A stretch of DNA of 33,252 nucleotides from Actinomycetota bacterium (GTDB lineage Bacteria; Actinomycetota; Acidimicrobiia; Acidimicrobiales; JACCXE01). The stretch spans positions 1-33,252 of the forward strand of contig JACCXE010000102.1 in the NCBI GenBank assembly GCA_013697265.1, read 5' to 3'. A model generated the notes under the pieces. The model was not told the DNA's origin. It made no database searches and saw nothing but the letters and a program-made list of their open reading frames with translations. The position numbers and the translations under genes are program-made. Below, piece after piece: positions 24,205-32,453 of the stretch (the stretch's first letter is position 1; the number at the start of each line of letters is the position of its first letter).

Positions 24205-25424
24205 GCGAGGTCGCTGTTAGCGCTGAGCACGTCTCGAAACGGTTCCGTCTCTATCACGAGCGCAATAATTCGTTGAAGGTCACCCTCATGCGGCGGGGAC
24301 GGGCGAAATTCGAAGAGTTCTGGGCGCTCGACGACGTGTCGCTCGAGGTGCCGAAGGGCACCACGTTTGGCCTCATCGGCGAGAACGGGTCAGGAAAAAG
24401 CACGCTCCTCAAGTGCATGGCGAAAATCCTGCACCCTGATAAGGGCATCACGAACGTAAACGGCAAGGTGTCAGCGCTGCTCGAAGTAGGCGCCGGCTTT
24501 CACCCTGAGCTTTCCGGCCGCGACAATATCTATCTGAACGGATCGATCCTCGGCCTGTCGAAGAAAGAGCTCGACGCCAAGTTCGACACCATCGTGGAGT
24601 TCGCCGGTCTCGAGCAGTTCATCGACGCGCCCGTGAAGAACTACTCGTCGGGCATGTACGTGCGCCTCGGCTTCTCGGTTGCGATCAACGTCGAGCCCGA
24701 CGTTCTGCTCGTCGACGAAGTCCTCGCCGTGGGCGACGAGAACTTTCAGCGCAAGTGCGGTGAAAAATTTGCCGAGCTGCGCGAGCAGGGCAAAACGATT
24801 GTGGTCGTGAGCCATGCACTCGGCACAATGCGCAACCTGTGTGATCACATTGCGTTGCTCGATCACGGCGTGCTGAAGAAGGTCGGCCCGGCGACCGAAG
24901 TGATCGACAACTACGTGTCAGGCACCCACACTGATCGCATAGCCGACGGTGACGCCGACGCCCGATGGGGCTCGGGTGAGGCCCGTATCGACAAGATCGA
25001 AATTCTCGGCCTCAACGGCCAGCCCACGTCCATCGTTCACACCGGCGACCGTTGCACCTTCCGGTACCACTACTCGACGACGGAGGCGATCAAACGGCCT
25101 GTCTTCGGCCTCGCCGTTTCCACCGTGGACGGCACCCTGGTTGCGGGCCCGAACACTCGAGACGCGGGCGCTGTTCCCGAAAAGATCGACGGCACCGGCC
25201 ACGTCGATCTCACGGTCAGCAAGCTGCTTTTGCTGCCTGGGCGATACAGCATCGATGTCGGGATTTTCGATTTCACCTGCGTGCACCCTTTTGACTTTCG
25301 GCAACACGCGCTGCGCTTCGACGTCGAGGCCGGCCAACCCCATGACACTCAGGGCTTGGTGTCGCTCGACGGCACGTGGACGGTCAACGGCGCCACCCTG
25401 CGCCTGACACCGGATTCGCCGTAG
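24201..25424 (+). CDS. wzt: polysaccharide export ABC ATPase (Wzt/TagH-like) with C-terminal extension of about 160 aa
   Basis: Walker A 'GENGSGKSTLLK', signature 'YSSGMYVRL', Walker B 'LLVDEVLAVGD'. An extra beta-rich domain spans aa ~250-407 (GEARIDKIEILG..GDRCTFRYHY..GRYSIDVGIFD), like Wzt C-terminal glycan-binding domains. ATGA overlap with wzm. Confidence 0.9.
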   Translation: MSEVAVSAEHVSKRFRLYHERNNSLKVTLMRRGRAKFEEFWALDDVSLEVPKGTTFGLIGENGSGKSTLLKCMAKILHPDKGITNVNGKVSALLEVGAGFHPELSGRDNIYLNGSILGLSKKELDAKFDTIVEFAGLEQFIDAPVKNYSSGMYVRLGFSVAINVEPDVLLVDEVLAVGDENFQRKCGEKFAELREQGKTIVVVSHALGTMRNLCDHIALLDHGVLKKVGPATEVIDNYVSGTHTDRIADGDADARWGSGEARIDKIEILGLNGQPTSIVHTGDRCTFRYHYSTTEAIKRPVFGLAVSTVDGTLVAGPNTRDAGAVPEKIDGTGHVDLTVSKLLLLPGRYSIDVGIFDFTCVHPFDFRQHALRFDVEAGQPHDTQGLVSLDGTWTVNGATLRLTPDSP

Positions 25425-25430
25425 CGCACG

Positions 25431-26810
25431 ATGAAGATCGTCGTCATCACCAACGACGCGCTCGGCGCTCGCATGGCCGGTCCCGCGATCCGCGCGTCCA
25501 AGATCGCCGGCGTCCTCTCCAAGGCCGGTCACAACGTAACGCTGTTCACTACCGGCTCCTGCGAACCGTTCGACGCGCCGTACGCGACGAAGCACGGCTG
25601 GACCGACGAATTGAAACTGCTCGAAGCGTGGTGCGACGTGGTCGTGTTCCAGGGCTTTGTGATCGACGGGCAGCCCTGGCTAATTCATACCGACAAGGTG
25701 ATGGTGGTCGACCTGTACGACCCATTTCATCTTGAGCAACTCGAACTGTCCCGTGAGGCCGCCGAACACGACGTGCGCGTCGAGGTTGTCGCGTCCACGG
25801 TCGCCGTGCTGAACGAGCAGATGGCGCGGGGCGACTTCTTCCTCTGCGCCAGCGAGAAGCAGCGCGACTTTTGGCTTGGCGCGCTGGCCGCGCTCGGCCG
25901 GGTCAACCCCCTCACGTACGACGCCGACCCGTCGCTGCGGTCGCTCATCGACGTTGTGCCCTTCGGTGTGGACGACGAACCTGCCCGCCAGGTCAAGCAC
26001 GCGATTCGCGGCGTCGTTGACGGCATCGGCGTCGACGATGACGTTTTGTTGTGGGGCGGCGGCGTTTACAACTGGTTCGATCCGCTCACGCTGATCCGCG
26101 CCGTCGACGCGGTTCGCGACCGGCGCCCGAACGTGCGCCTCTACTTCCTCGGCATGAAGCACCCCAACCGTGAGGTGCGCCAAATGCGAATGGCCACCGA
26201 AGCCATGGCATTGGCCGGCGACCTCGGTCTCACCGGCAAGCACGTGTTCTTCAACTACGATTGGGTGCCCTACGAACAGCGGGCGGACTGGCTGCTCGAC
26301 GCCGATATCGGAGTGAGCACACACCTGGATCACGTCGAGACCGCGTTCTCCTTCCGCACCCGAATGCTTGACTACCTGTGGGCGGGATTGCCAATCGTGT
26401 GCACCGCCGGTGACTCGATGGGTGAACTCGTCGCCGAGCATGAACTGGGGACGGCGGTGCCGCCGGGTGACGTCACGGCGTTGGCCGACGCGCTCAACGC
26501 GCTGCTGGGCAATGATGCGCGCCGGCAAACCGCAGCAGCGGCGGTGCGCGCCATCGCGCCCAACTTCGCATGGAGTAGCGCGCTCGCCCCGATTGTCTCG
26601 TTTTGTGCCAGCCCGCGGCGGGCGCCCGACCTCGTCGATCGCGAGACTTCGGGCCGCCTGGCAGCCGTGGCCCGACGCGCCGGCCGGCAGCGACGCGGGC
26701 TCGCACACGCAGTGGCATCGGTTCGTCGGCACACGCGCAACGGGCGGCCCGGCGACGTAATGAAAATGGGCGTTCGCCGGGTGGCGGAGCGGTTTCGCGC
26801 CCGTTTCTAA
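25431..26810 (+). CDS. GT-B fold glycosyltransferase, paralog of the C-terminal module of the 1186-aa protein
   Basis: MKIVVITNDALGARMAGPAIR.., 'LLWGGGVYNWFDPLTLIRAV', 'ETAFSFRTRMLDYLWAGLPIVCT'. It is collinear over about 400 aa with aa ~700-1090 of ORF 26848..30408. Confidence 0.8.
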   Translation: MKIVVITNDALGARMAGPAIRASKIAGVLSKAGHNVTLFTTGSCEPFDAPYATKHGWTDELKLLEAWCDVVVFQGFVIDGQPWLIHTDKVMVVDLYDPFHLEQLELSREAAEHDVRVEVVASTVAVLNEQMARGDFFLCASEKQRDFWLGALAALGRVNPLTYDADPSLRSLIDVVPFGVDDEPARQVKHAIRGVVDGIGVDDDVLLWGGGVYNWFDPLTLIRAVDAVRDRRPNVRLYFLGMKHPNREVRQMRMATEAMALAGDLGLTGKHVFFNYDWVPYEQRADWLLDADIGVSTHLDHVETAFSFRTRMLDYLWAGLPIVCTAGDSMGELVAEHELGTAVPPGDVTALADALNALLGNDARRQTAAAAVRAIAPNFAWSSALAPIVSFCASPRRAPDLVDRETSGRLAAVARRAGRQRRGLAHAVASVRRHTRNGRPGDVMKMGVRRVAERFRARF

Positions 26811-26847
26811 CGCGATGCTGTGCAGACCTTGCCGGTAGGCTGATTCG

Positions 26848-29800
26848 GTGCAATGGTTGCGCTCCCAGAGCTTTGACCTCTACGGTCGCTACTCGCATGT
26901 GTGGCTGATCCGCACGCAAAGCCTGCCCGCGGCACCGCTGCGCATCCTCGACGTAGGGGACCCGTTCGGCACAATCGCGTCAATTTTCCCGGACGATCAC
27001 ACCTTCAGCCTCGACATCTACAGCGACAATCCGCCGACCGACGGCGTCCATCAGCACTTGATCGGTTCCGGGTTCGAACTGCCATTTGTCGACGCAAGCT
27101 TCGACCTCGTATGCACCCATGACGTTCTCGAGCACATCCCGGCCGCTCGCCGTACCGAGTTCATCGCCGAACTATTGCGCGTGAGCGCGGGACCGGTCGT
27201 GCTTGTTGCACCCTTCGCTGATGAACGGTTGGTGCGTGTCGAGCACCTGGTCAACTCCTATTTCGTCGCCAAGCTCGGACACACGCTGTCCGCCCTCGAC
27301 GAGCATTCACAGTGCGGTTTACCTGACCCTGTCCAGATCGTCGCGTGGTTGGAGGGGACCGGAACTCCCTTTGCGCGTTTTGGCGACGGGTGGCTTTACC
27401 ACTGGGTGGCGCTCTACTACCTCAAGGCGCACATGCTGTCGCGTGGTGCCGAAGGCCAGCTCCACGCCCTCGACCGGGCGTGCAACGAGTTGTTGCTCGA
27501 CGTCGACCACACCCAGCCGCACTACCGCACCACCTTGGTTTTGCGGCCACCGGCGAGCGTCCCCGAACTGCCGTCGTGGACGCCGCCTCCACCGCCCGAG
27601 CAGCTGCACGCTGAAGTCGACGAGCTCACTGAACTCGCCATGTCGTTGAGTGAAGCACTGGTGCCTACCGAGGATCCGGCTGCGCGGGATAGGAATGTCG
27701 CGGCGTGGATCGCGGCCCGCGCCGCGTCGTCGAGTCCGGCGCAGCAGCTGCTGGCATCGTCGCTCACCGTTGTCCTTGACAAGCTTCGCGAGATTTCGGC
27801 GCGGGACGTGCTTTCCATCGAGTCCCCGTCGGCGGACCCGGCGACCTGCCCGCGCATCGCGGTGGTGATGGTCAGCTTCAACGGCATCGACCACCTCGTG
27901 CCGTGTCTCGAATCACTGCGAGCACAGGACTATCCGGCGGAACTTACCGAAGTCATCGTGGTCGACAACGGCTCGACGGACGGTTCCCTTGAGCTGCTCG
28001 AACGTGAATACCCGTGGGTCAGGGTGCTACCCCAGGGCCACAACACCGGCTTCGCAGTCGCTGTAACCGTTGGTGTCGCCGCGGCCACCGCCGAGTGCGT
28101 CGCCTTCATCAACAACGACATGCGCGCCGACCCGGGCTGGCTCCGGGCGCTCGTTGCCGCGTACGACCCCGACCACGGAGTGGTGTGCGTGGCGGGACAG
28201 ATCCGCAGCTGGGACGGCGAGCGCGTCGACTTTGTCGACGGCGTCATGAACTTCTATGGCATGGGCAGCCAGGTCGGTTATGGCAAACCGCTGGATGCCG
28301 TAGACGTGCGTGACGGGCAGCCGTTGTTATTCGCGTGCGGCGGCTCCATGTTGGTGAGCCGCCACATCTACTTGACTTCAGGTGGCTTCGATCCGGCGTT
28401 CTTCGCCTATTTCGAAGACGTCGATTTCGGGTGGCGGTTGTGGCTGCTCGGCTACGAAGTGCGTTTCGCCGAGGACGCGATCACATACCACCGCATGCAC
28501 GGCACCTCGTCGCGCTTTGCGCTGCACCAGCGGATGGTGCTGTACGAACGCAACGCGCTGCGCTCCATCATGAAGAACTACGGCGACGACACGCTGTCGC
28601 AGGTGCTGGCCCCTGCGCTGTTGCTTCTGATGACCCGCGCCGTCGAACGCGGTGAACTGGCTAAGCAGCGCGATGCATACGAGCCAGGCGGCGATGTCGA
28701 GGCGACCGAAGTGGTCCCGCGCGTCACGCTGTCTCACCTGCACGCCGTGAACGACTTGGTGCACGACCTCGACGCGCTCGTTCCCGAACGAGCGCGGATC
28801 CAACGCGCTCGAAAGCGTGAAGACAGCGAAATCGTCGAGTTGTTCGGAACACCCTTCGCGCCGGTGCTCCACGACCCTGATTATGAGGATGTCCAGCGCA
28901 AGCTGATCGACGGTTTCGGCTTGGCCGAAATGTTCCAAAGGCATCGCGCCAGCCGCGTGCTATGCGTCTCCGCGAACGAGATCGGCGAGGAGATGAGTGG
29001 GTCGAGCATCCGCACATTCGAGATCGCCAAGGCGCTGTCGTCGACGACCCATGTCGCTGCAGCGGCGCCGGGGGAAACCGACTACCTCGTCGACGACCTT
29101 GCCGTTCTGCGCTACTCCGACGAGGCGACGTTGGTAAGCCTGGCCGCCAACAGCGAAGTCGTCTTGATCCAGGGCCATCAGCTGCGCGAGTTCCCAAGAC
29201 TGGCGAACCTTTCGAGCGTCCTCGTGATCGACCTCTACGAACCGTTCCTGTTCGAGAACCTCGAGTTGCACGGTGAGAGCGCGGCCGCCGATCTCGCCTT
29301 GCGCCAAGACGTGTCCGTGCTCAACGAGCTGCTCGACGCCGGCGATTATTTCATCTGCGCATCTGAGCGCCAGCGCGATTACTGGCTCGGCATGCTGAGC
29401 GCGCGCGGCAAGATCGACTCGGCCACCTACGCCGCCGATCCCACCTTGCGTCAGCTGATCGACGTCGTGCCCTTCGGCCTACCCAGCCACAAGCCGCGGC
29501 ACCCTCACAACGTTCTCAAGGGCGTGCATCCTGCTGTCGGCGAAGACGATCTCGTGGTGTTGTGGGGAGGCGGTGTGTGGGATTGGTTCGACCCGCTATC
29601 CGTCGTCGAGGCGTTCAATCTCGTTCTGGACCGCGTCCCGAACGCCAAGTTGTACTTCCTCGGACTACACGTACCGAGTGTCGACGCGCCGTCGATGAAA
29701 ATGGCCGACGCGGCATTGTTGCGGGCCAAGGAGCTCGGCCTGTACGACACGTCGATCATCTTCGGCGACTGGGCTCCATACGAGATACGCGAGGCCTTCC

Positions 29801-30408
29801 TGCGCGAATCTGACATAGCGGTGTCGTCAGCGAAAGATCTCGCCGAGACCCGTCTCGCCTTCCGAAGCCAGATCCTCGACTACCTATGGGCGGGCCTGCC
29901 CGTGGTGACGACGACCGGCGACGTGTTGGCCGATCTCGTGGAGCGTCACGCGTTGGGTTTGGTTGTGCCGCCCGGTGACGTCAACCGACTCGCGGCGGCG
30001 ATGGTCGACCTGTTGAGCGACGCCGGGCGCCGTGCCGAAGTCTCGGCACGCGCCGTCGCGGTGGCCGACGGCCTTCGGTGGGCCAATTGCGTCGCTCCGC
30101 TTCGCAAGGTCGTTCTGGAGCCGTGGAGATGGCGCCTCGCCCGGGGGGCGCGAGAGCGCCGCCGCCTAGTGACGCAAGACCTGCAAATTATGCTCGACGA
30201 CCGCGACGCGGAGTTGGATCGTGTGCGGGCCAACAACGACGAGTTGCGGGCTAACAACGACGAGTTGGTGTTCCTGCGTCAGCACGCGGCCGAACTCGAA
30301 GCGATCGTGGCCCACAAAGACCGGCCGTACGCGTTGGCCCGCAAGGCTCCGGGCGCACGCAGCCTGGCCGCGCTACTCCGCCGCGTGCGGCGATACCTCA
30401 GCGCCTAA
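26848..30408 (+). CDS. multidomain protein: class-I SAM methyltransferase + GT2 + GT-B glycosyltransferase + C-terminal heptad segment
   Basis: MTase motifs are 'LRILDVGDPFG' and 'FDLVCTHDVLEHIP' (nt ~26935-27240). GT2 motifs are 'IAVVMVSFNG..VIVVDNGSTDGS..GHNTGFAVAV..INNDMRADPGW..FEDVDFGWRLW' (nt ~27850-28500). GT-B motifs are 'VLWGGGVWDWFDPLSVVEAF..ETRLAFRSQILDYLWAGLPVVTT' (nt ~28950-30120). The tail is 'DRDAELDRVRANNDELRANNDELVFLRQHAAELEAIV'. It is a single uninterrupted ORF. The GTG start at 26848 is uncertain. Confidence 0.85.
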   Translation: MQWLRSQSFDLYGRYSHVWLIRTQSLPAAPLRILDVGDPFGTIASIFPDDHTFSLDIYSDNPPTDGVHQHLIGSGFELPFVDASFDLVCTHDVLEHIPAARRTEFIAELLRVSAGPVVLVAPFADERLVRVEHLVNSYFVAKLGHTLSALDEHSQCGLPDPVQIVAWLEGTGTPFARFGDGWLYHWVALYYLKAHMLSRGAEGQLHALDRACNELLLDVDHTQPHYRTTLVLRPPASVPELPSWTPPPPPEQLHAEVDELTELAMSLSEALVPTEDPAARDRNVAAWIAARAASSSPAQQLLASSLTVVLDKLREISARDVLSIESPSADPATCPRIAVVMVSFNGIDHLVPCLESLRAQDYPAELTEVIVVDNGSTDGSLELLEREYPWVRVLPQGHNTGFAVAVTVGVAAATAECVAFINNDMRADPGWLRALVAAYDPDHGVVCVAGQIRSWDGERVDFVDGVMNFYGMGSQVGYGKPLDAVDVRDGQPLLFACGGSMLVSRHIYLTSGGFDPAFFAYFEDVDFGWRLWLLGYEVRFAEDAITYHRMHGTSSRFALHQRMVLYERNALRSIMKNYGDDTLSQVLAPALLLLMTRAVERGELAKQRDAYEPGGDVEATEVVPRVTLSHLHAVNDLVHDLDALVPERARIQRARKREDSEIVELFGTPFAPVLHDPDYEDVQRKLIDGFGLAEMFQRHRASRVLCVSANEIGEEMSGSSIRTFEIAKALSSTTHVAAAAPGETDYLVDDLAVLRYSDEATLVSLAANSEVVLIQGHQLREFPRLANLSSVLVIDLYEPFLFENLELHGESAAADLALRQDVSVLNELLDAGDYFICASERQRDYWLGMLSARGKIDSATYAADPTLRQLIDVVPFGLPSHKPRHPHNVLKGVHPAVGEDDLVVLWGGGVWDWFDPLSVVEAFNLVLDRVPNAKLYFLGLHVPSVDAPSMKMADAALLRAKELGLYDTSIIFGDWAPYEIREAFLRESDIAVSSAKDLAETRLAFRSQILDYLWAGLPVVTTTGDVLADLVERHALGLVVPPGDVNRLAAAMVDLLSDAGRRAEVSARAVAVADGLRWANCVAPLRKVVLEPWRWRLARGARERRRLVTQDLQIMLDDRDAELDRVRANNDELRANNDELVFLRQHAAELEAIVAHKDRPYALARKAPGARSLAALLRRVRRYLSA
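30226..30267 (+). repeat. 21-bp tandem duplication (2 copies, 20/21 identical) inside the 1186-aa gene
   Basis: cgggccaacaacgacgagttg | cgggctaacaacgacgagttg encodes RANNDEL RANNDEL. Confidence 0.9.
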
Positions 30409-30413
30409 CTTCG

Positions 30414-31397
30414 TTAGGACACGTCGGTAGTCGACGGAGTTGTGGTCGCCGGAGTCGTGGTCGGCGAGGTCGCCGGTGTGGTGGTTGTGGCGGCGACTCC
30501 CGATGTGGTCGGGCGCTTGACTGGAGTGGTCGTCGAAAACCGCTTCGTCGTGGTGGTGGTGGTGGTGGTGGTCTCGTCGAACAAAGTCGTGCTCGTCGGG
30601 GTGGTCTGCAACGTGCGATCACACAGGCAGCCCGAACCGGGCGAGATCTCGATGATTTCGCGGGAGTGGATGTCCAGGATTCGCAGGGTGTCGAGGGCGC
30701 GCGCCGCCGGCACCACGATCACGAGACGGCGCTGGGAAAAGTCGGCCCATTCCTCGCCGCGGTACTTGGGCCTCGTGGCCGGTTCGGGGGCGGTGAGCGG
30801 GCTTCCGCTCGCGCAGCGCGTGCGGGGCAGCCCCTGGCTGTCGACGAGCACCGCTGTGCCCTTCTGAAGGACGGACTGGAACCCCACGTCTCGGTTGTTG
30901 AGCAAGCCATGGTCGGTGACCCGCGTATCGCTGCGCACGAACACGGATGTGAGCTCGCCGACGAAGGCGGTGATGTCGTCGACCGAGAGCTTGGCTCCGC
31001 CGCTCCACTGCAGCGTGGTGTCGTCGTTCAGTGCGTCGACCCAAGCCTGGGCTCTGTCACCGTCGTCGCCGAGCAGCGTCACGAGTGCGGTGGTGTCGCA
31101 GACCGGTTGCGACGCCGACCCGGCGTAGAGCCCCGCCGTCGACCCCCGCACCGACCTGATCCCGTTTTTGCCGCTCGCCCCCGCAATGGAGCCGGTCCCG
31201 ATGTCGGGCACCGCGGAAAACGCGACGCTCTTGGTGAATGGATTGCGCCCGACTACCGACAGCGCCTCGAGAAAGATCTCACCGGCTTTAGGGTGACCGG
31301 GGTCGCCGGCGCTGGACTTGTTTGAGGCGTTGTTACAGCCGGCGCCTGCGAACGCCACCGCGACGAACGCGAAAATAAGAAGTCGGAATTGACGCAT
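30414..31397 (-). CDS. probable secreted lipoprotein with Thr/Pro-rich C-terminal tail
   Basis: MRQFRLLIFAFVAVAFAGAGC has a signal peptide with a Cys in lipobox position, though the lipobox is non-canonical (G at -3). GGGGGA lies 4 nt upstream of the ATG. The C-terminal ~65 aa are mostly T/P, including T9. Confidence 0.6.
   Translation of the reverse strand: MRQFRLLIFAFVAVAFAGAGCNNASNKSSAGDPGHPKAGEIFLEALSVVGRNPFTKSVAFSAVPDIGTGSIAGASGKNGIRSVRGSTAGLYAGSASQPVCDTTALVTLLGDDGDRAQAWVDALNDDTTLQWSGGAKLSVDDITAFVGELTSVFVRSDTRVTDHGLLNNRDVGFQSVLQKGTAVLVDSQGLPRTRCASGSPLTAPEPATRPKYRGEEWADFSQRRLVIVVPAARALDTLRILDIHSREIIEISPGSGCLCDRTLQTTPTSTTLFDETTTTTTTTTKRFSTTTPVKRPTTSGVAATTTTPATSPTTTPATTTPSTTDVS
30550..30572 (-). 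repeat. trinucleotide microsatellite (ACC)7 encoding poly-Thr
   Basis: The plus strand reads gtggtggtggtggtggtggtggt. On the minus strand this is ACC x7 followed by ACG ACG, giving T9 in the lipoprotein tail. Confidence 0.9.
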
Positions 31398-31421
31398 GAG
31401 ATCCCCCGAGCTGCGCTGGGG

Positions 31422-32453
31422 CTAAATCGTTCCGTCGTCGACAGCTTGCACGATCCAGGGCACCACTTCGTCCAGCATCTCGCCGAGCGAGGTGGTTGCC
31501 TCGAAGCCCAGAACCTGCTTCGCCTTGTCGGTGGCAGGCACCCGCTTGGCCACGTCGTGTTCGAAACCGGGGTCGCTCACGTAGTTGAACGGCCGCCCGT
31601 CTTTGTGCACCTTGTTCCAGATCACCTCGGCCAACTCGAGCACCGACGTGGACTGCGCGGTGGATAGGTTGAAGTCGTTGTTCAACGCGTCCGGGTGAGC
31701 CATGGCGTCGACGATGCCACGGGCCAGGTCACCGCCGTAGGTGTAATGCCGGACCTGCGAGCCGTCGCCCAGGATGTGCAACGGGTCTTGGCCCTTCACG
31801 ACTTTCTGCACGAGGTCGGGTACCACGTGGCTCATGGCGAGTTTCACGTTGCCCGACATCACGTCGACATCACCCAGCGCCCGGCGCTCGCCGATGCCGA
31901 CGCAGTTGAAGGGGCGCACGATTGTGTACGGCAACTTGTACTGGTCCCACGCGGCGCGGGCGAAGTACTCGACCGCCAGCTTTTGGAAACCGTACGACGA
32001 CAGGGGCGGTGCGATCTTGCGCTCGTCGCCCTCGGCGCTGGGCCAGTGCTCGGTCGACTCGAACACCATCGATGAGCTCATGTACGTGACCTTCTGGAGG
32101 CGCCCGGCCTTGTGTGCCTCGATCGCCGCGTCGCAGGTCGATCCCATGATCCGCTCGTTCTGGGCCAACAGGTCGTAGGCGTAGGTGTGAAAGTACGAGA
32201 TACCGCCGATCAGCGCGGCGCCGGCGATGAGGTGATCCACCTCCATCGCCGTGGTCGTCATCAAGTCGATGTCGCGGCAGTCACCCTCGATGAAGGTGTA
32301 GTTCGCGTCGCTGTCGTAGCTCTTGGTGACCTGGCCGTACTTGCTGAGGTTGTCGACGCCGACCACCCGGTAGCCGCGGCTGAGGAGCTCTTCGACGATG
32401 TAACCGCCGATAAAGCCGGCCGAGCCGGTGACAAGAACGGTTTCGCTGTTCAG
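31422..32453 (-). CDS. NAD-dependent epimerase/dehydratase (extended SDR), proposed CTG start
   Basis: The ORF track starts at 32366, but the same frame upstream reads LNSETVLVTGSAGFIGGYIVEELLSRGYRVVGVDN, which contains the Rossmann GxxGxxG. There is no ATG/GTG/TTG between the in-frame TGA (32482-32480) and that motif. The CTG at 32453 overlaps the upstream stop (CTGA) and follows GGAAGGA. YxxxK is 'YGFQK'. Confidence 0.78.
   Translation of the reverse strand: MNSETVLVTGSAGFIGGYIVEELLSRGYRVVGVDNLSKYGQVTKSYDSDANYTFIEGDCRDIDLMTTTAMEVDHLIAGAALIGGISYFHTYAYDLLAQNERIMGSTCDAAIEAHKAGRLQKVTYMSSSMVFESTEHWPSAEGDERKIAPPLSSYGFQKLAVEYFARAAWDQYKLPYTIVRPFNCVGIGERRALGDVDVMSGNVKLAMSHVVPDLVQKVVKGQDPLHILGDGSQVRHYTYGGDLARGIVDAMAHPDALNNDFNLSTAQSTSVLELAEVIWNKVHKDGRPFNYVSDPGFEHDVAKRVPATDKAKQVLGFEATTSLGEMLDEVVPWIVQAVDDGTI

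Noticed and set aside
25680-26732. 350-aa ORF antisense to the 459-aa GT-B gene
   Set aside because: It is a shadow ORF. The plus-strand product has a clear paralog elsewhere in the window, and the antisense product has no motifs.
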